From the NCBI GenBank assembly GCA_031362295.1, contig JANLSG010000018.1, forward strand, positions 1-52,551: a stretch of 52,551 nt of DNA, read 5' to 3'. Below the pieces are notes generated by a model. That model was given only the letters and a program-made list of their open reading frames with translations, was not told the DNA's origin and searched no databases. How positions within the stretch are numbered: the first letter of the stretch is position 1; each line of letters opens with the position of its first letter. Below, one piece after another: positions 37,535 to 46,752 of the stretch. The position numbers and the translations under genes are program-made. The DNA comes from Chloroflexota bacterium (GTDB taxonomy: Bacteria; Chloroflexota; Limnocylindria; Limnocylindrales; CSP1-4).

Positions 37535-38026
37535 TCAGTCCTCCGCGATCGTCACCGAGGTCATCGCGACCGGCGCGTCCGGCATGTCGCGGCTGTTGCG
37601 AGGGGCGTTGACGATCTTGTCGACGACGTCCAGGCCCTTCGTCACCTGCCCGAAGAGTGTGTAGTTCTTCGGGAGCCGGCCGGCCAGGTCGGCGACGCAG
37701 ACGAAGAACTGGCTGCCGTTCGTGTTGGGTCCGGAGTTGGCCATCGCCAGCGCGCCGCGCCCATAGTCGCCGAGCACCGGCTCGTCCGCGAACGTGTAGC
37801 CCGGCCCGCCCTTGCCGACGCTGTTCGCGTCGAGCGCCGATTTCTTGCCGTACTGGCCGTCGCCGGCCTGGGCCACGAAGCCCGGGATGATGCGATGGAA
37901 GATCACGTCGTCGTAGAAGCCCTTCTTCGCGAGGTCGATGAAGTTCTTGGTGGCCTTCGGGGCGGCCGTGGTGAACAGGTCGACCTCGATGTCGCCGAGC
38001 TCGGTCGCGATGGTGGCGGTCGTCAT
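37535..38026 (-). CDS. ppiB: peptidyl-prolyl cis-trans isomerase (cyclophilin type)
   Basis: FHRIIPGFVAQAGD, GALAMANSGPNTNGSQFF and FGQV. ATG at 38026 (MTTATI). The upstream ORF-track extension is Arg/Pro junk. Confidence 0.9.
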   Translation of the reverse strand: MTTATIATELGDIEVDLFTTAAPKATKNFIDLAKKGFYDDVIFHRIIPGFVAQAGDGQYGKKSALDANSVGKGGPGYTFADEPVLGDYGRGALAMANSGPNTNGSQFFVCVADLAGRLPKNYTLFGQVTKGLDVVDKIVNAPRNSRDMPDAPVAMTSVTIAED

Positions 38027-38042
38027 TGGTGGCTCCTCGTGC

Positions 38043-39032
38043 TCATGGGGCAGTGGTTGGCGCCGTCGACGACGCCGGCGATGGCGCCGGCGTGCTGGGA
38101 GCGGTGGGTGCGGGTGAACTGGTCGTGGCTGGTGCGGCGCCAACCGTGACGCTGATCATCACGACCGGGTCAGTTGGCGTTTCTGCGCCGCCCGATGCGG
38201 CGAGGATCGCATCGGCGACCTCCATGCCGCTGATGACCTCGCCGAAGATCGCGTACGTGTTCGCCGACACCAGCGGCGGCTCGGCCTTGTCGTCGAGCAC
38301 GATGAAGAACTGCGAGGTCTGGCTGTTGGGGGCCTGCGTCCGCGCCATCGCGACTGTGCCTCGCTTGTACTTGGTCGCGACAGGCTCGTCCTTGATCGTG
38401 TACGGGATCGCGCCTGTGCCGGGCTTCGCGGCCCCTCCCTGGATCACGAATGGCGTGCCGTCCTGCAGGACCGCGGTGCGATGGAACACGCTGCCGTCGT
38501 AGAAGCGGCAGGTGACAAGGGCCACGAAGTTCCCCGCCGCGATCGGCGAGAGGACACCGTCGACCCTGATGACGATGCTGCCCTTGGACGTGCTAATCGT
38601 CACCGTGCGTGACTCGCCTGCCGCCAGCGGCGCAGGCTGGCTGGTCGGGCAGGTGCCATCCCCCACGGTGGTCGCCGAGCTTGGACCAGCGCTGGCGGCC
38701 GGCGTCCCGAACGGGTTCCCGATGAGGAGGACAACGGCGGCGATCGCGACGGCGGCAAGTGCGAGGGCGATGTACGCCGTATTGGAGTTGCCCGAGCGCC
38801 GCCCGCCGCGCTGCTGGGTCTTGGGACGGACGCCGGTGGCGGCTCGCTTCGCCGCTCGATTCGCCGCACGCGAACCGGGGCGCACGCCCGCGGGGGCCGC
38901 GCTTCCCGCGGCGTTCGCCGGGTCGATCTCCTCGAGCTCGGCTTCGCCGGCGATGGGATCCGGGCGCGGATCGGAGCGGAGGCTGCGGCCCTTCGACGGG
39001 ACGCGGCGGCCTGATTGGCTGGACGGACTCAT
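38043..39032 (-). CDS. membrane-anchored cyclophilin-type peptidyl-prolyl isomerase
   Basis: Disordered N-terminus, TM helix YIALALAAVAIAAVVLLI, then cyclophilin core FHRTAV...VAMARTQAPNSQTSQFF...FGEV and a Pro/Thr/Ala-rich tail. Confidence 0.85.
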   Translation of the reverse strand: MSPSSQSGRRVPSKGRSLRSDPRPDPIAGEAELEEIDPANAAGSAAPAGVRPGSRAANRAAKRAATGVRPKTQQRGGRRSGNSNTAYIALALAAVAIAAVVLLIGNPFGTPAASAGPSSATTVGDGTCPTSQPAPLAAGESRTVTISTSKGSIVIRVDGVLSPIAAGNFVALVTCRFYDGSVFHRTAVLQDGTPFVIQGGAAKPGTGAIPYTIKDEPVATKYKRGTVAMARTQAPNSQTSQFFIVLDDKAEPPLVSANTYAIFGEVISGMEVADAILAASGGAETPTDPVVMISVTVGAAPATTSSPAPTAPSTPAPSPASSTAPTTAP

Positions 39033-39730
39033 GCGGCGGCCTCACGGGCGGTCAGGTAGTCGATCGCCCCGGACAGGAGCGCCTCGCCGAGGATGATGCC
39101 CGCTGCGCCCGTGTCGCGCACGCGGCGGACGCCCTCGAGGTCCAAGACGCCCCCCGCCACGATCAGCTCCGCGTCGACGGTACGCGCGAGCGAGGCGATC
39201 TCGTCGATCTCCGATTCGCCCGTTGCGTGGGCCAGCACGAAGCGGCGTACGCCGCGACCAACGAGCTCCGAGACCAGGTCGCGCAAGGTCGGCGGGCTTG
39301 CGCGATGCCATCGGAAGGCGGCGAGCCGGTCGGGTCGAGCGTCGAGCCCAACCGCGAGCCAGTCTCCGGCCACCTCCACGCAGGCGCGCAGCAGCGCGGC
39401 GTCATCGGCGACCGCGAGGGTCGTCACGACGCGCGTCGCGCCGGCTGCGAACGCGACCCGGATCGCCTCCGGCGAGTCCAGGCCGCCGGCAAGCTGGAGC
39501 GGCGTCGCGATCCGCGAGGCGATGGCGCCGATCACGTCGGTGTTGACCGGCGCGCCGTTGCGGGCCCCGTCGAAGTCGATGACGTGGATCAGGGGCGCGC
39601 CCTGGGTCACGAAATGCTCGGCGATCCGTTCCGGCCGGTCCGTCGGTGCGCCGATGCCGGTGGAGACGCCGGGCCAGAACACGACCCGTGAGCGACCCTT
39701 TTCGACGTCGATCGCCGGGATGACGAGCAC
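39029..39730 (-). CDS. HisA/HisF-family (beta/alpha)8-barrel protein, orphan paralogue
   Basis: N-terminal IPAIDVEKGRSRV (catalytic Asp), LQLAGGLDS, and C-terminal IVAGGV...GAAGIILGEAL phosphate-binding motifs. No other his genes are nearby. Confidence 0.65.
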   Translation of the reverse strand: MLVIPAIDVEKGRSRVVFWPGVSTGIGAPTDRPERIAEHFVTQGAPLIHVIDFDGARNGAPVNTDVIGAIASRIATPLQLAGGLDSPEAIRVAFAAGATRVVTTLAVADDAALLRACVEVAGDWLAVGLDARPDRLAAFRWHRASPPTLRDLVSELVGRGVRRFVLAHATGESEIDEIASLARTVDAELIVAGGVLDLEGVRRVRDTGAAGIILGEALLSGAIDYLTAREAAA

Positions 39731-41464
39731 CTAGGCCGCGCCCGAGGTGGGGGAGACGCCGGGCACTGGCGTGACGCCCTCGCCGTGCAGCCCACGACGG
39801 TGGAAGCTGATCGGCAGTGAGCCACCGCGGAGCAGCGTGTCGTGGAAGCTGCGGAGCGAGAACCCGCCGCCGAGGCGCCGCCGTTCCTCGTCGCGCAGCG
39901 CGAGCAGCAGCACTTTCCCCAGCAGGTACGACAGGTTGTACGTCGGCGTGGAGGTGTAGCGGCGCGCCTCTGCCAGCGCGTTCGGGCGCTCGAAGCCCGT
40001 GTGCTCGATCAGGAAATCGGCCGCTTCGTCAATGGAGACCTCGCCGCGGTGCATGCGCACGTCGAGGACGATCCGCGCGGCCCGCCAGATCGCGTCGGTG
40101 GCGAGGGCGACGCGGAACGCAGGCCCGTCGTCGAAGCCCTGCTCGCGCATCATCTGCTCGCTGTACATACCCCAGCCCTCGACGAACTCGGGGGCATCGA
40201 CCTGGGCGCGCGTCAGCGAGGGGTGGCGCTCCGCCAGGGCGAGCTGGAGGTGGTGGCCCGGGTACGCCTCGTGGATGCTGGTGTTGCTGATCGCCGCCCG
40301 GTAATGCTCGCGCATGGCGCCCGGATCGCCGTCCACGTCCGGGGTCACTACGTAGATCCCGACGGGCGAGGCATCGAAGCGCGGCGGCTGGAAGTAGGCA
40401 GCGAACGGCAGCACGCCGCGCAGGTACTGCGGGGTGGCGATCACCTCGACCCGCTCGTCGTCGGGCACGGTCACGATGTCGTGGTCGATCAGGTGCTGCC
40501 GGGCGCGCCGCATTGCGACGCGGTAGCCCTCGAGCGCCTCGTCGAACGTCGCGGGGTGGTCGTCCTTCACTCGCTCGAGGACCTCCGCCTCCGTCGCATC
40601 GGGATCGATCTCGTGGGCAGCGGCCGCCCGATCCGCGTGGTTGCGCTCGAGCTGCTGCCAGCCGATCTCCTCGATCGCATTTTCGTCCAGGCCCTCGAAC
40701 GCTCGCAGCTTGAGGAGCTCGCCGTAGCGCTCGCGGCCGAGCTGCCACTCGGGCACGGCGCCCGGCAGGATCTCGTGGATCCACTCCGCCTGGTCGCCGA
40801 TCGCGACCTTCGCCCGCTCCACGGCGCGCACGAGGCGCGCGCGATCGGAGGCGGGCACGGCCGCGCCGGGGGCATCGGCGGCGGCGACGATCTCGTCAAG
40901 GAAGCTGGGCACGCTCGCGCTCGAGTTGAGCTCGATCTCCAGCCACGGCCCCACCTGGGGAACGACCGCGCGCGTCCGGTAACCGGCGAGGAAGCGGGGC
41001 GCGGCCTCCAGCCGGGCCGTGATGGCGGTCAGGCGCTCGGCGAGGGGGGCGTAGTCGCGGGTGAACAGCGGGAAGAGCGAGTCGCCGAGCGCCGACGCGC
41101 CGGTGGAGCGGCGCTCCCAGTTGCGAATCTCCGCGGCGCGGTAGATGGCCAGGCGGACGTGATGGAGCTCGAGGTCGCGCTCGAATCTCGCTTCCGCGGA
41201 GAGCCCCGCGGCATCGATCGCCTCGATTGCGGCGAGGTGCGCCCGGTCGGCGTCGAGATCGCCGAGCACCCGTTCGCGCGAAGGATCGCCGAGCCGGTCG
41301 TCCCAGGCATGGATGCCGAGGTGGGTCGCGTATGTTGGCTCCGACTCCACGATCCGTTTGAAGTGCGCCTCGACGAGGTCGTAGAAGCCGTCATCAAGTG
41401 GCCCGGGCGCCGGCGATGCCGCGGCCCGAGTGAGCTCGATTCCGCCGAATTCGCGGTCCGACAC
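39731..41464 (-). CDS. DUF885-family protein (metallopeptidase-like)
   Basis: Characteristic SIHEAYPGHHLQ motif in a protein of ~577 aa. GTG start. Confidence 0.75.
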   Translation of the reverse strand: MSDREFGGIELTRAAASPAPGPLDDGFYDLVEAHFKRIVESEPTYATHLGIHAWDDRLGDPSRERVLGDLDADRAHLAAIEAIDAAGLSAEARFERDLELHHVRLAIYRAAEIRNWERRSTGASALGDSLFPLFTRDYAPLAERLTAITARLEAAPRFLAGYRTRAVVPQVGPWLEIELNSSASVPSFLDEIVAAADAPGAAVPASDRARLVRAVERAKVAIGDQAEWIHEILPGAVPEWQLGRERYGELLKLRAFEGLDENAIEEIGWQQLERNHADRAAAAHEIDPDATEAEVLERVKDDHPATFDEALEGYRVAMRRARQHLIDHDIVTVPDDERVEVIATPQYLRGVLPFAAYFQPPRFDASPVGIYVVTPDVDGDPGAMREHYRAAISNTSIHEAYPGHHLQLALAERHPSLTRAQVDAPEFVEGWGMYSEQMMREQGFDDGPAFRVALATDAIWRAARIVLDVRMHRGEVSIDEAADFLIEHTGFERPNALAEARRYTSTPTYNLSYLLGKVLLLALRDEERRRLGGGFSLRSFHDTLLRGGSLPISFHRRGLHGEGVTPVPGVSPTSGAA

Positions 41465-41481
41465 CCCAGTGCGCGGCGGGA

Positions 41482-42615
41482 TCAGGCGGCCGAGCCGGCG
41501 AGGCGACCAGCGGTCTGATCCGCCGGAGTCGCGGAGGTCTCCGCGAGGGCATCGCGGACCGCCCGGATGGTCGACTCGACATCAGCGCGCTCCACGCCGT
41601 AGTGCGTGACCGCCCGGACCTGGCCGTGCGGGAACGCGATCACGAGCACGCCCCGCCGCGCCAGCGAGTCGATGAACGCGGCCCGATCCCGGTCGACCTT
41701 GAACAGCACGAAGTTCGTGTTGACCCTGCCTGGATCGAGTGGCCCCGGCTCGGGCTGTGCGATGTCGCCCGCGGACCGGACGCCCGCGTATTCGGCGATT
41801 CCTTCGGCGAGGAACCGTGCGTTCGCATGGTCCTCGGCAAGCCGCTCGATCATCCCGGCGGGCCCGTCGCGGAGCGCGATCAGTCCGGGCGCCGCGAGCA
41901 CGCCCACCTGGCGCATCCCGCCCCCGAGCAGCTTCCGTGCCCTGCGCGCGCGGGCGACGAAGTCCCGCGAGCCCACGACGACGCTGCCCACCGGGCACGA
42001 GAGGCCCTTGGACAGGCAGAACGTGACGCTGTCCGCAGGCCCCGCCAGGTCGGGGGCGCGCACGCCCTGGGCGACGACGGCATTCCAGAACCGCGCCCCG
42101 TCGATGTGCAGCGGAACCCCACCGTCGTGGGCAACTTGCGCGATCTCGCGCGTGTACGCCACGGACAGCGGCTGGTTCATCGTGTGGGCGTTCGCGTTCT
42201 CGATGGCGACGAGCCCGGTGACCGGCTCGTGAATGTCCGTGGGGTCGCGGAAGGCCTCGCGCACCGCGGTGGGATCGAGGGTGCCGTCCGGTCGCTCTGG
42301 AATCACCCGGATCGAAGCGCTGACGACGACCGCGTGACTGGCCGCCTCGTCGAGCACGATGTGGCTCTGCCGGCCGGCGATGATCTCCTGGCCGCGCGCC
42401 ACGTGCGCCATCTGGGCGACGAGGTTGCCCATCGCGCCGGACGACACGAACAGGCCAGCCTCCTTGCCGAGCAGCTCGGCGGCGCGCTCCTCGAGGGCGT
42501 TGACGGTAGGGTCGTCGCCGAAGACGTCGTCGCCAACCTCCGCCTCGGCCATCGCGCGGCGCATCTCGGGGGTTGGCTTCGTGACCGTGTCGGAACGCAG
42601 GTCGATGGTGGGCAT
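41482..42615 (-). CDS. ltaE: low-specificity L-threonine aldolase
   Basis: [12 protein letters not shown]...[15 protein letters not shown]...[10 protein letters not shown] (PLP-lysine region). The start is set at 42615 because the longer ORF would run through tRNA-Asp. Confidence 0.85.
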   Translation of the reverse strand: MPTIDLRSDTVTKPTPEMRRAMAEAEVGDDVFGDDPTVNALEERAAELLGKEAGLFVSSGAMGNLVAQMAHVARGQEIIAGRQSHIVLDEAASHAVVVSASIRVIPERPDGTLDPTAVREAFRDPTDIHEPVTGLVAIENANAHTMNQPLSVAYTREIAQVAHDGGVPLHIDGARFWNAVVAQGVRAPDLAGPADSVTFCLSKGLSCPVGSVVVGSRDFVARARRARKLLGGGMRQVGVLAAPGLIALRDGPAGMIERLAEDHANARFLAEGIAEYAGVRSAGDIAQPEPGPLDPGRVNTNFVLFKVDRDRAAFIDSLARRGVLVIAFPHGQVRAVTHYGVERADVESTIRAVRDALAETSATPADQTAGRLAGSAA

Positions 42616-42668
42616 GTGGGTCGCGAGGATAGCGCGGAACTCTCTGCTATCCTCCGCCTTCGTCGCTC

Positions 42669-42745
42669 GGACCCGTGGTGTAGCGGCCCAACATGCCAGC
42701 CTGTCACGCTGGAGATCGCCGGTTCGAATCCGGTCGGGTCCGCCA
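42669..42745 (+). tRNA. tRNA-Asp (anticodon GUC), CCA encoded
   Basis: Manual cloverleaf, 77 nt: GGACCCG/UG/GUGU-AGCGGCCCA-ACAU/G/CCAGC-CUGUCAC-GCUGG/AGAUC/GCCGG-UUCGAAU-CCGGU/CGGGUCC/G/CCA. Confidence 0.9.
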
Positions 42746-42764
42746 CGTTCCATCGATTGCATCC

Positions 42765-42803
42765 GACGCCCCGTTCGCCCGCCCGAACGGGGCGTCTCTT
42801 TTT
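42765..42803 (+). terminator. intrinsic terminator after tRNA-Asp
   Basis: GACGCCCCGTTCG-cccgcc-CGAACGGGGCGTC followed by TCTTTTT. Confidence 0.8.
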
Positions 42804-42868
42804 GAAGGCTCCCCGCTGGTACCTTCGTCGGGCGGACGAAACGTGGTGCGTGCGCGCATCCTTCTCCC

Positions 42869-43456
42869 GTGATCGGCTCGATCGGATCGCGGCTTCGGCT
42901 CGTCCTTCGTCAGCCCGGGCCGCAGGGCGGCGGGCCGGATGCCGGCGCGGACCTGCCCGAGATCGATTTCGTGGCCTATTCGACGAGCGAGCGCCTCTCG
43001 GGCCGCATTCGCCTCGACAGCGCCCGCCTCACCGACATGCTCAACGCCAACCAGGAATACGTGCTGGTCGACGCGCTTGCCGAGCGGCTCCCCGAGGGCG
43101 GCTCGATGGTCGTCCCCGAGATCCTGATCGGTCGTCACGAGCTGGCGCTCGTCCGCGCAGGCGGGCCGCGCGGCGATCGCGCCAAGCGCGTCCCGACCAC
43201 GACCCACCGCCTCGTCCTGCGAACCGGGCGCTACCTCGTGGCGGGTCGCCTGCACAGCAACGCCGGCGAGGATCCGCTTGCCGCGCTACGCGCCCGCGAC
43301 CCGATGGTGCCGCTGACCGATGCCGCGATCATGTTCCGCGTGGGGCCTGACATCGTCGAGGAGCCCGGCGGCACGATCGTCGTCAATCGCGACCTCGTCG
43401 AGTGGGTCCGCAAGGGCGAGCTCGACGCCCGCAGCCTGGACCTGCCCGCCTCCTGA
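42869..43456 (+). CDS. hypothetical protein
   Basis: 195-aa ORF with a GTG start and coding-like composition. No recognised motif. Confidence 0.45.
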   Translation: MIGSIGSRLRLVLRQPGPQGGGPDAGADLPEIDFVAYSTSERLSGRIRLDSARLTDMLNANQEYVLVDALAERLPEGGSMVVPEILIGRHELALVRAGGPRGDRAKRVPTTTHRLVLRTGRYLVAGRLHSNAGEDPLAALRARDPMVPLTDAAIMFRVGPDIVEEPGGTIVVNRDLVEWVRKGELDARSLDLPAS

Positions 43457-43744
43457 CCTCCGGGCGCGTCCGGCGGACCGCCCGGACATCACCGCCTCGT
43501 CAAATGTTCGCCGGCGGATACCAAGTCGACGAGGTTCGGGAATCAGGGGCCTCGGCAACCCGTGGAACACGGTCAAATGCTCCTGGTGGCGATCATGAAC
43601 GACCAATTTGGACCGCGAATCGCCCAGATCCAGCCACGTCCGGCCGCCCTCGTCGGCCAAGGTCGTCGAGTTGGTATCCGGCCATTGACATCCGGCGTCC
43701 CCACCGGCGGTTGGTCCTCGAGCGAGGCCCCGTACCATCGGGGC

Positions 43745-44968
43745 GTGGCAACCTTGCTGAACGAAGGCCCGCTCGCCGGGATCCGGATCATCGATTGCTC
43801 CACCGTGCTCGCGGGGCCTTTGTGCACGATGGTGCTCGGGGACCTGGGCGCGGACGTCGTCAAGGTGGAGCCGTCCGAGGGTGATGCGACCCGCGGCTGG
43901 GGGCCGCCGTGGGTCGGCGACGAGGCCGCCGGGACGAGAACCGCCGCGTACTACCTGGCGGTCAATCGGAACAAGCGCAGCCTGCGCCTGGACCTGGGGC
44001 GCGAGGAGGGCCGCGAGGTACTGCGGCGGCTCCTGAAGGACGCGGACGCGGTCGTCGAGAACTTCCGGGTCGGTGGGTTCGCGAAGCTCGGCTTCACCGA
44101 TGATGCGCTCCGCGAGCTCAATCCGCGGCTCGTCCACCTGGCAATCAGCGGCTTCGGCACGCGCGGGCCGGACGCGGGCAAGCCGGGGTATGACTTCGTG
44201 ATCCAGGCCGTAGGCGGCCTCATGTCGATCACCGGCGAGCCCGAGGGGCGGCCGATGAAGGTCGGCGTCGCGATCAGCGACGTGGTGAGCGGTCTGTTCG
44301 GGGCGGTGTCACTGCTCGCGGCGCTGCTCGGGCGGGAGCGGACGGCCAGCCAGGAAGGCCAGCGCGTCGACGTCTCCCTGCTTCAGAGCACGCTCGCGAT
44401 GCTCGTGAACCAGGCGCAAAGCGCGCTCGTCACTGGCGCCGCGCCGGTCAGGCGCGGCAATGCCCACCCGAGCATCGTGCCCTACGAGACGTTCGCGACG
44501 GCCGACGGCCAGATCGCGGTCGGCGTGGGCAGCGAGCGGCAGTGGGCGCGGTTTGGGCTGGCGATCGGGTTGCCCGGGCTCGCCACGGATGCGAGATTCG
44601 CCACGAACGGCGACCGAGTAACCCGGCGCGACGAGCTGATCCCGATCCTCGCCGCGCGCTTCGCCCAGGAATCGAGCGCCACGTGGCTGGCGCGCCTCGA
44701 CGAGGCCGGCATCCCGGCGGGCCCGATCCTCGACCTGCCAGCCGCGTTCCGCTCGCCGCAGGCCACCGCGCTCGGCAGCCGCGTACCGCTCCAGCACCCG
44801 GTCCTCGGCTCGGTCGACCAGGTGGCCATCCCATTCGAGCTATCCGGCACGCCGGCGTCGATCCGGACCCCGCCGCCGACCCTCGGCGAGCACACCGACG
44901 AGCTCCTGGCGGAGGCGGGCTACTCGTTGGACGGGGTACGTCAGTTGCGGGCCGCTTCGATCGTCTGA
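43745..44968 (+). CDS. family III CoA-transferase (CaiB/BaiF)
   Basis: PLAGIRIIDCSTVLAGP, GADVVKVE, NRNKRS, ENFR and GYDFVIQAVGGLMSITG motifs. GTG 43745 chosen as the start. Confidence 0.85.
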   Translation: MATLLNEGPLAGIRIIDCSTVLAGPLCTMVLGDLGADVVKVEPSEGDATRGWGPPWVGDEAAGTRTAAYYLAVNRNKRSLRLDLGREEGREVLRRLLKDADAVVENFRVGGFAKLGFTDDALRELNPRLVHLAISGFGTRGPDAGKPGYDFVIQAVGGLMSITGEPEGRPMKVGVAISDVVSGLFGAVSLLAALLGRERTASQEGQRVDVSLLQSTLAMLVNQAQSALVTGAAPVRRGNAHPSIVPYETFATADGQIAVGVGSERQWARFGLAIGLPGLATDARFATNGDRVTRRDELIPILAARFAQESSATWLARLDEAGIPAGPILDLPAAFRSPQATALGSRVPLQHPVLGSVDQVAIPFELSGTPASIRTPPPTLGEHTDELLAEAGYSLDGVRQLRAASIV

Positions 44969-45015
44969 CGCCACGCTGCCCGGCGTCGATCGGAGGCTGT
45001 CGAAATGGACGGGCG

Positions 45016-45040
45016 TGATCGCGCCATGATCATTTCCTGG
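45016..45040. promoter_or_regulatory. palindromic site 1: TGATC-N7-GATCATTTCCTGG
   Basis: The inverted half-sites TGATC/GATCA are separated by 7 nt. It is the mirror image of site 2, which lies 125 nt downstream. Confidence 0.4.
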
Positions 45041-45165
45041 CGTTGAGGACCGATTTCGGCTCCCCGCGCCTGGTCCTCTCCGCCTCGCCGAGCACAATCG
45101 AACAGGAAACGCGAGTGCATCCGCCGCGACGCCGCCTCGTAGGCGCCAGAAATCGGGTTCATTCC

Positions 45166-45190
45166 CCAGAAAATGATCGCCACGTGATCA
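45166..45190. promoter_or_regulatory. palindromic site 2: CCAGAAAATGATC-N7-GATCA
   Basis: Same half-sites and spacing as site 1, in the opposite orientation. Lies 62 nt upstream of the SDR gene ATG. Confidence 0.4.
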
Positions 45191-45251
45191 TCCGACTAGA
45201 CTTTCGCCGCGACGCTGCGAATGGCTGACGCCACATGGAGGACCCGCCCCG

Positions 45252-46073
45252 ATGGCCGATTCCCGCGAACGCTGGGCGCTGATCCTCGGAGGCTCGTCGG
45301 GGATGGGCGAGGCAACCGCCCGCGCGCTCGCCGCGGCCGGCTACAACATCTGCGGCATCCACCTCGACTTCCGCGCCTCGCTGGAGCGTGTGGAGCAGCT
45401 CAAGGCGGATCTCGCCGGCCTCGGGCGCGAGGTCCTGTACATCAACATGAATGCCGCCGACGACGAGAAGCGCGCAGGTGCGCTGGCGCAGCTCGGCGCC
45501 CGCTTCGACGCGGCGAAGGCCGCCGGTCGGACCCCGTACGTCCGCGTGGTCATGCACTCGCTCGCGTTCGGCTCGCTGGTCCCGTTCATCACCGACGACC
45601 CGAAGGGCGCGGTCGATCGCAAGAAGATGGAGATGACCCAGGACGTGATGGCGAACAGCCTCGTCTACTGGGTCCAGGACCTGTACCGCGGCGGGTTCCT
45701 CGGCGAGGGCTCCAAGATCTACGCCATGACCTCCGAGGGCTCGACGCGCGTCGTCCCATCGTACGGCGTCGTCTCGTCCGCCAAGGCGGCCCTCGAGTCG
45801 CACATCCGCCAACTGGCCATGGAGTTCGGGCGGCTCAAGACGGGCATCACCGCCAACTCGATCCGCGCCGGGGTGACCATGACGCCCGCGCTCATGAAGA
45901 TCCCCGAGCACGACATGATCATCGCCTCCGCGACGGCCCGGAACCCCACCGGCCGGATGACCACGGTCCAGGACGTCGCGAACGCAATCGTGGCGCTGTC
46001 CGGCGAGGGCACCGGCTTCATCAGCGGCGAGGTCATTGGCGTCGATGGCGGGGAGTACGTCACCGGCTCGTGA
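45252..46073 (+). CDS. SDR-superfamily oxidoreductase, enoyl-ACP-reductase-like (Y-x6-K)
   Basis: LILGGSSGMGEA nucleotide-binding loop. SYGVVSSAKAALES carries the Tyr-x6-Lys spacing typical of FabI/FabL-type enzymes. Confidence 0.7.
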   Translation: MADSRERWALILGGSSGMGEATARALAAAGYNICGIHLDFRASLERVEQLKADLAGLGREVLYINMNAADDEKRAGALAQLGARFDAAKAAGRTPYVRVVMHSLAFGSLVPFITDDPKGAVDRKKMEMTQDVMANSLVYWVQDLYRGGFLGEGSKIYAMTSEGSTRVVPSYGVVSSAKAALESHIRQLAMEFGRLKTGITANSIRAGVTMTPALMKIPEHDMIIASATARNPTGRMTTVQDVANAIVALSGEGTGFISGEVIGVDGGEYVTGS

Positions 46074-46104
46074 CCGGCGACGAGGCGGACGACGTGACGC
46101 GGGC

Positions 46105-46656
46105 GTGACCGGGTCGATCCGGCCGTTCTACGCCGACTGGGCCGGCTACAACCGGCGTACGATCGAAGGGCTGGCGGCCCTGGACGCCGGCGGACTCGCG
46201 CTCCAGGCGCCCGGCTCCGAGCACTGGCCGATCTGGGCGATCGCCGCGCACATGGCGGGCACCCGGATCTTCTGGCTGTGCGAGATCTTCGGCGAGCCGG
46301 GGATGGAGCGGTTGCCGTTCTATGGAGCCGGCGGCGTGGGCTGGGAGGACGACCTCTCGACGCCGCGATCGGCCGCGGAGGTAGCGGGCGCGCTGCGCTC
46401 CAGCTGGGCCGTCGTCGAGGGCTGCCTCAACGGCTGGACACCGCCCATGCTCGAGGACCGCTTCGAGCGCGTTTCCAGCACGCGAACGGAGGTTCACACC
46501 CGGCAGTCGATCCTGCTTCGGATGATCAATCACGAGGCGTACCACCTCGGGGAGATCAACATCGCGCTTGGCGCCAACGGCCGTGCGCCGATCGACCCAT
46601 GGCCAGGGTCCGACTGGGCAGCCGACGCGCCGAAATCCCTTCGCGAGGGTCCCTAG
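46105..46656 (+). CDS. DinB-family (four-helix-bundle, metal-binding) protein
   Basis: HMAGTRIFW...MINHEAYHLGEI shows a His pattern typical of DinB_2. GTG start is tentative. Confidence 0.55.
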   Translation: MTGSIRPFYADWAGYNRRTIEGLAALDAGGLALQAPGSEHWPIWAIAAHMAGTRIFWLCEIFGEPGMERLPFYGAGGVGWEDDLSTPRSAAEVAGALRSSWAVVEGCLNGWTPPMLEDRFERVSSTRTEVHTRQSILLRMINHEAYHLGEINIALGANGRAPIDPWPGSDWAADAPKSLREGP

Positions 46657-46752
46657 CCTCCGGCGCGCCTCGCCTCCGATGACCGAACGGTCCCGGTTCG
46701 CTGGGCACTTCGGCACTGTGGCTCGCAAGGTTCGTGGCCGATCCTGAACCGG

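Noticed and set aside
39842-41518. 558-aa plus-strand ORF, and similarly 41602..43350 (582 aa)
   Set aside because: These are antisense to DUF885 and ltaE. The second also runs through tRNA-Asp and its terminator. No motifs were found.
42616-42762. N-terminal extension of the threonine aldolase ORF (track start 42762)
   Set aside because: The extension would be encoded antisense across tRNA-Asp. The conserved aldolase N-terminus ([10 protein letters not shown]) starts at 42615.
43498-43583. Repeated GTCAAATGyTC motif 73 nt apart upstream of the CoA-transferase gene
   Set aside because: At only 11 nt with one mismatch, it is too short to distinguish from chance without a genome-wide count.
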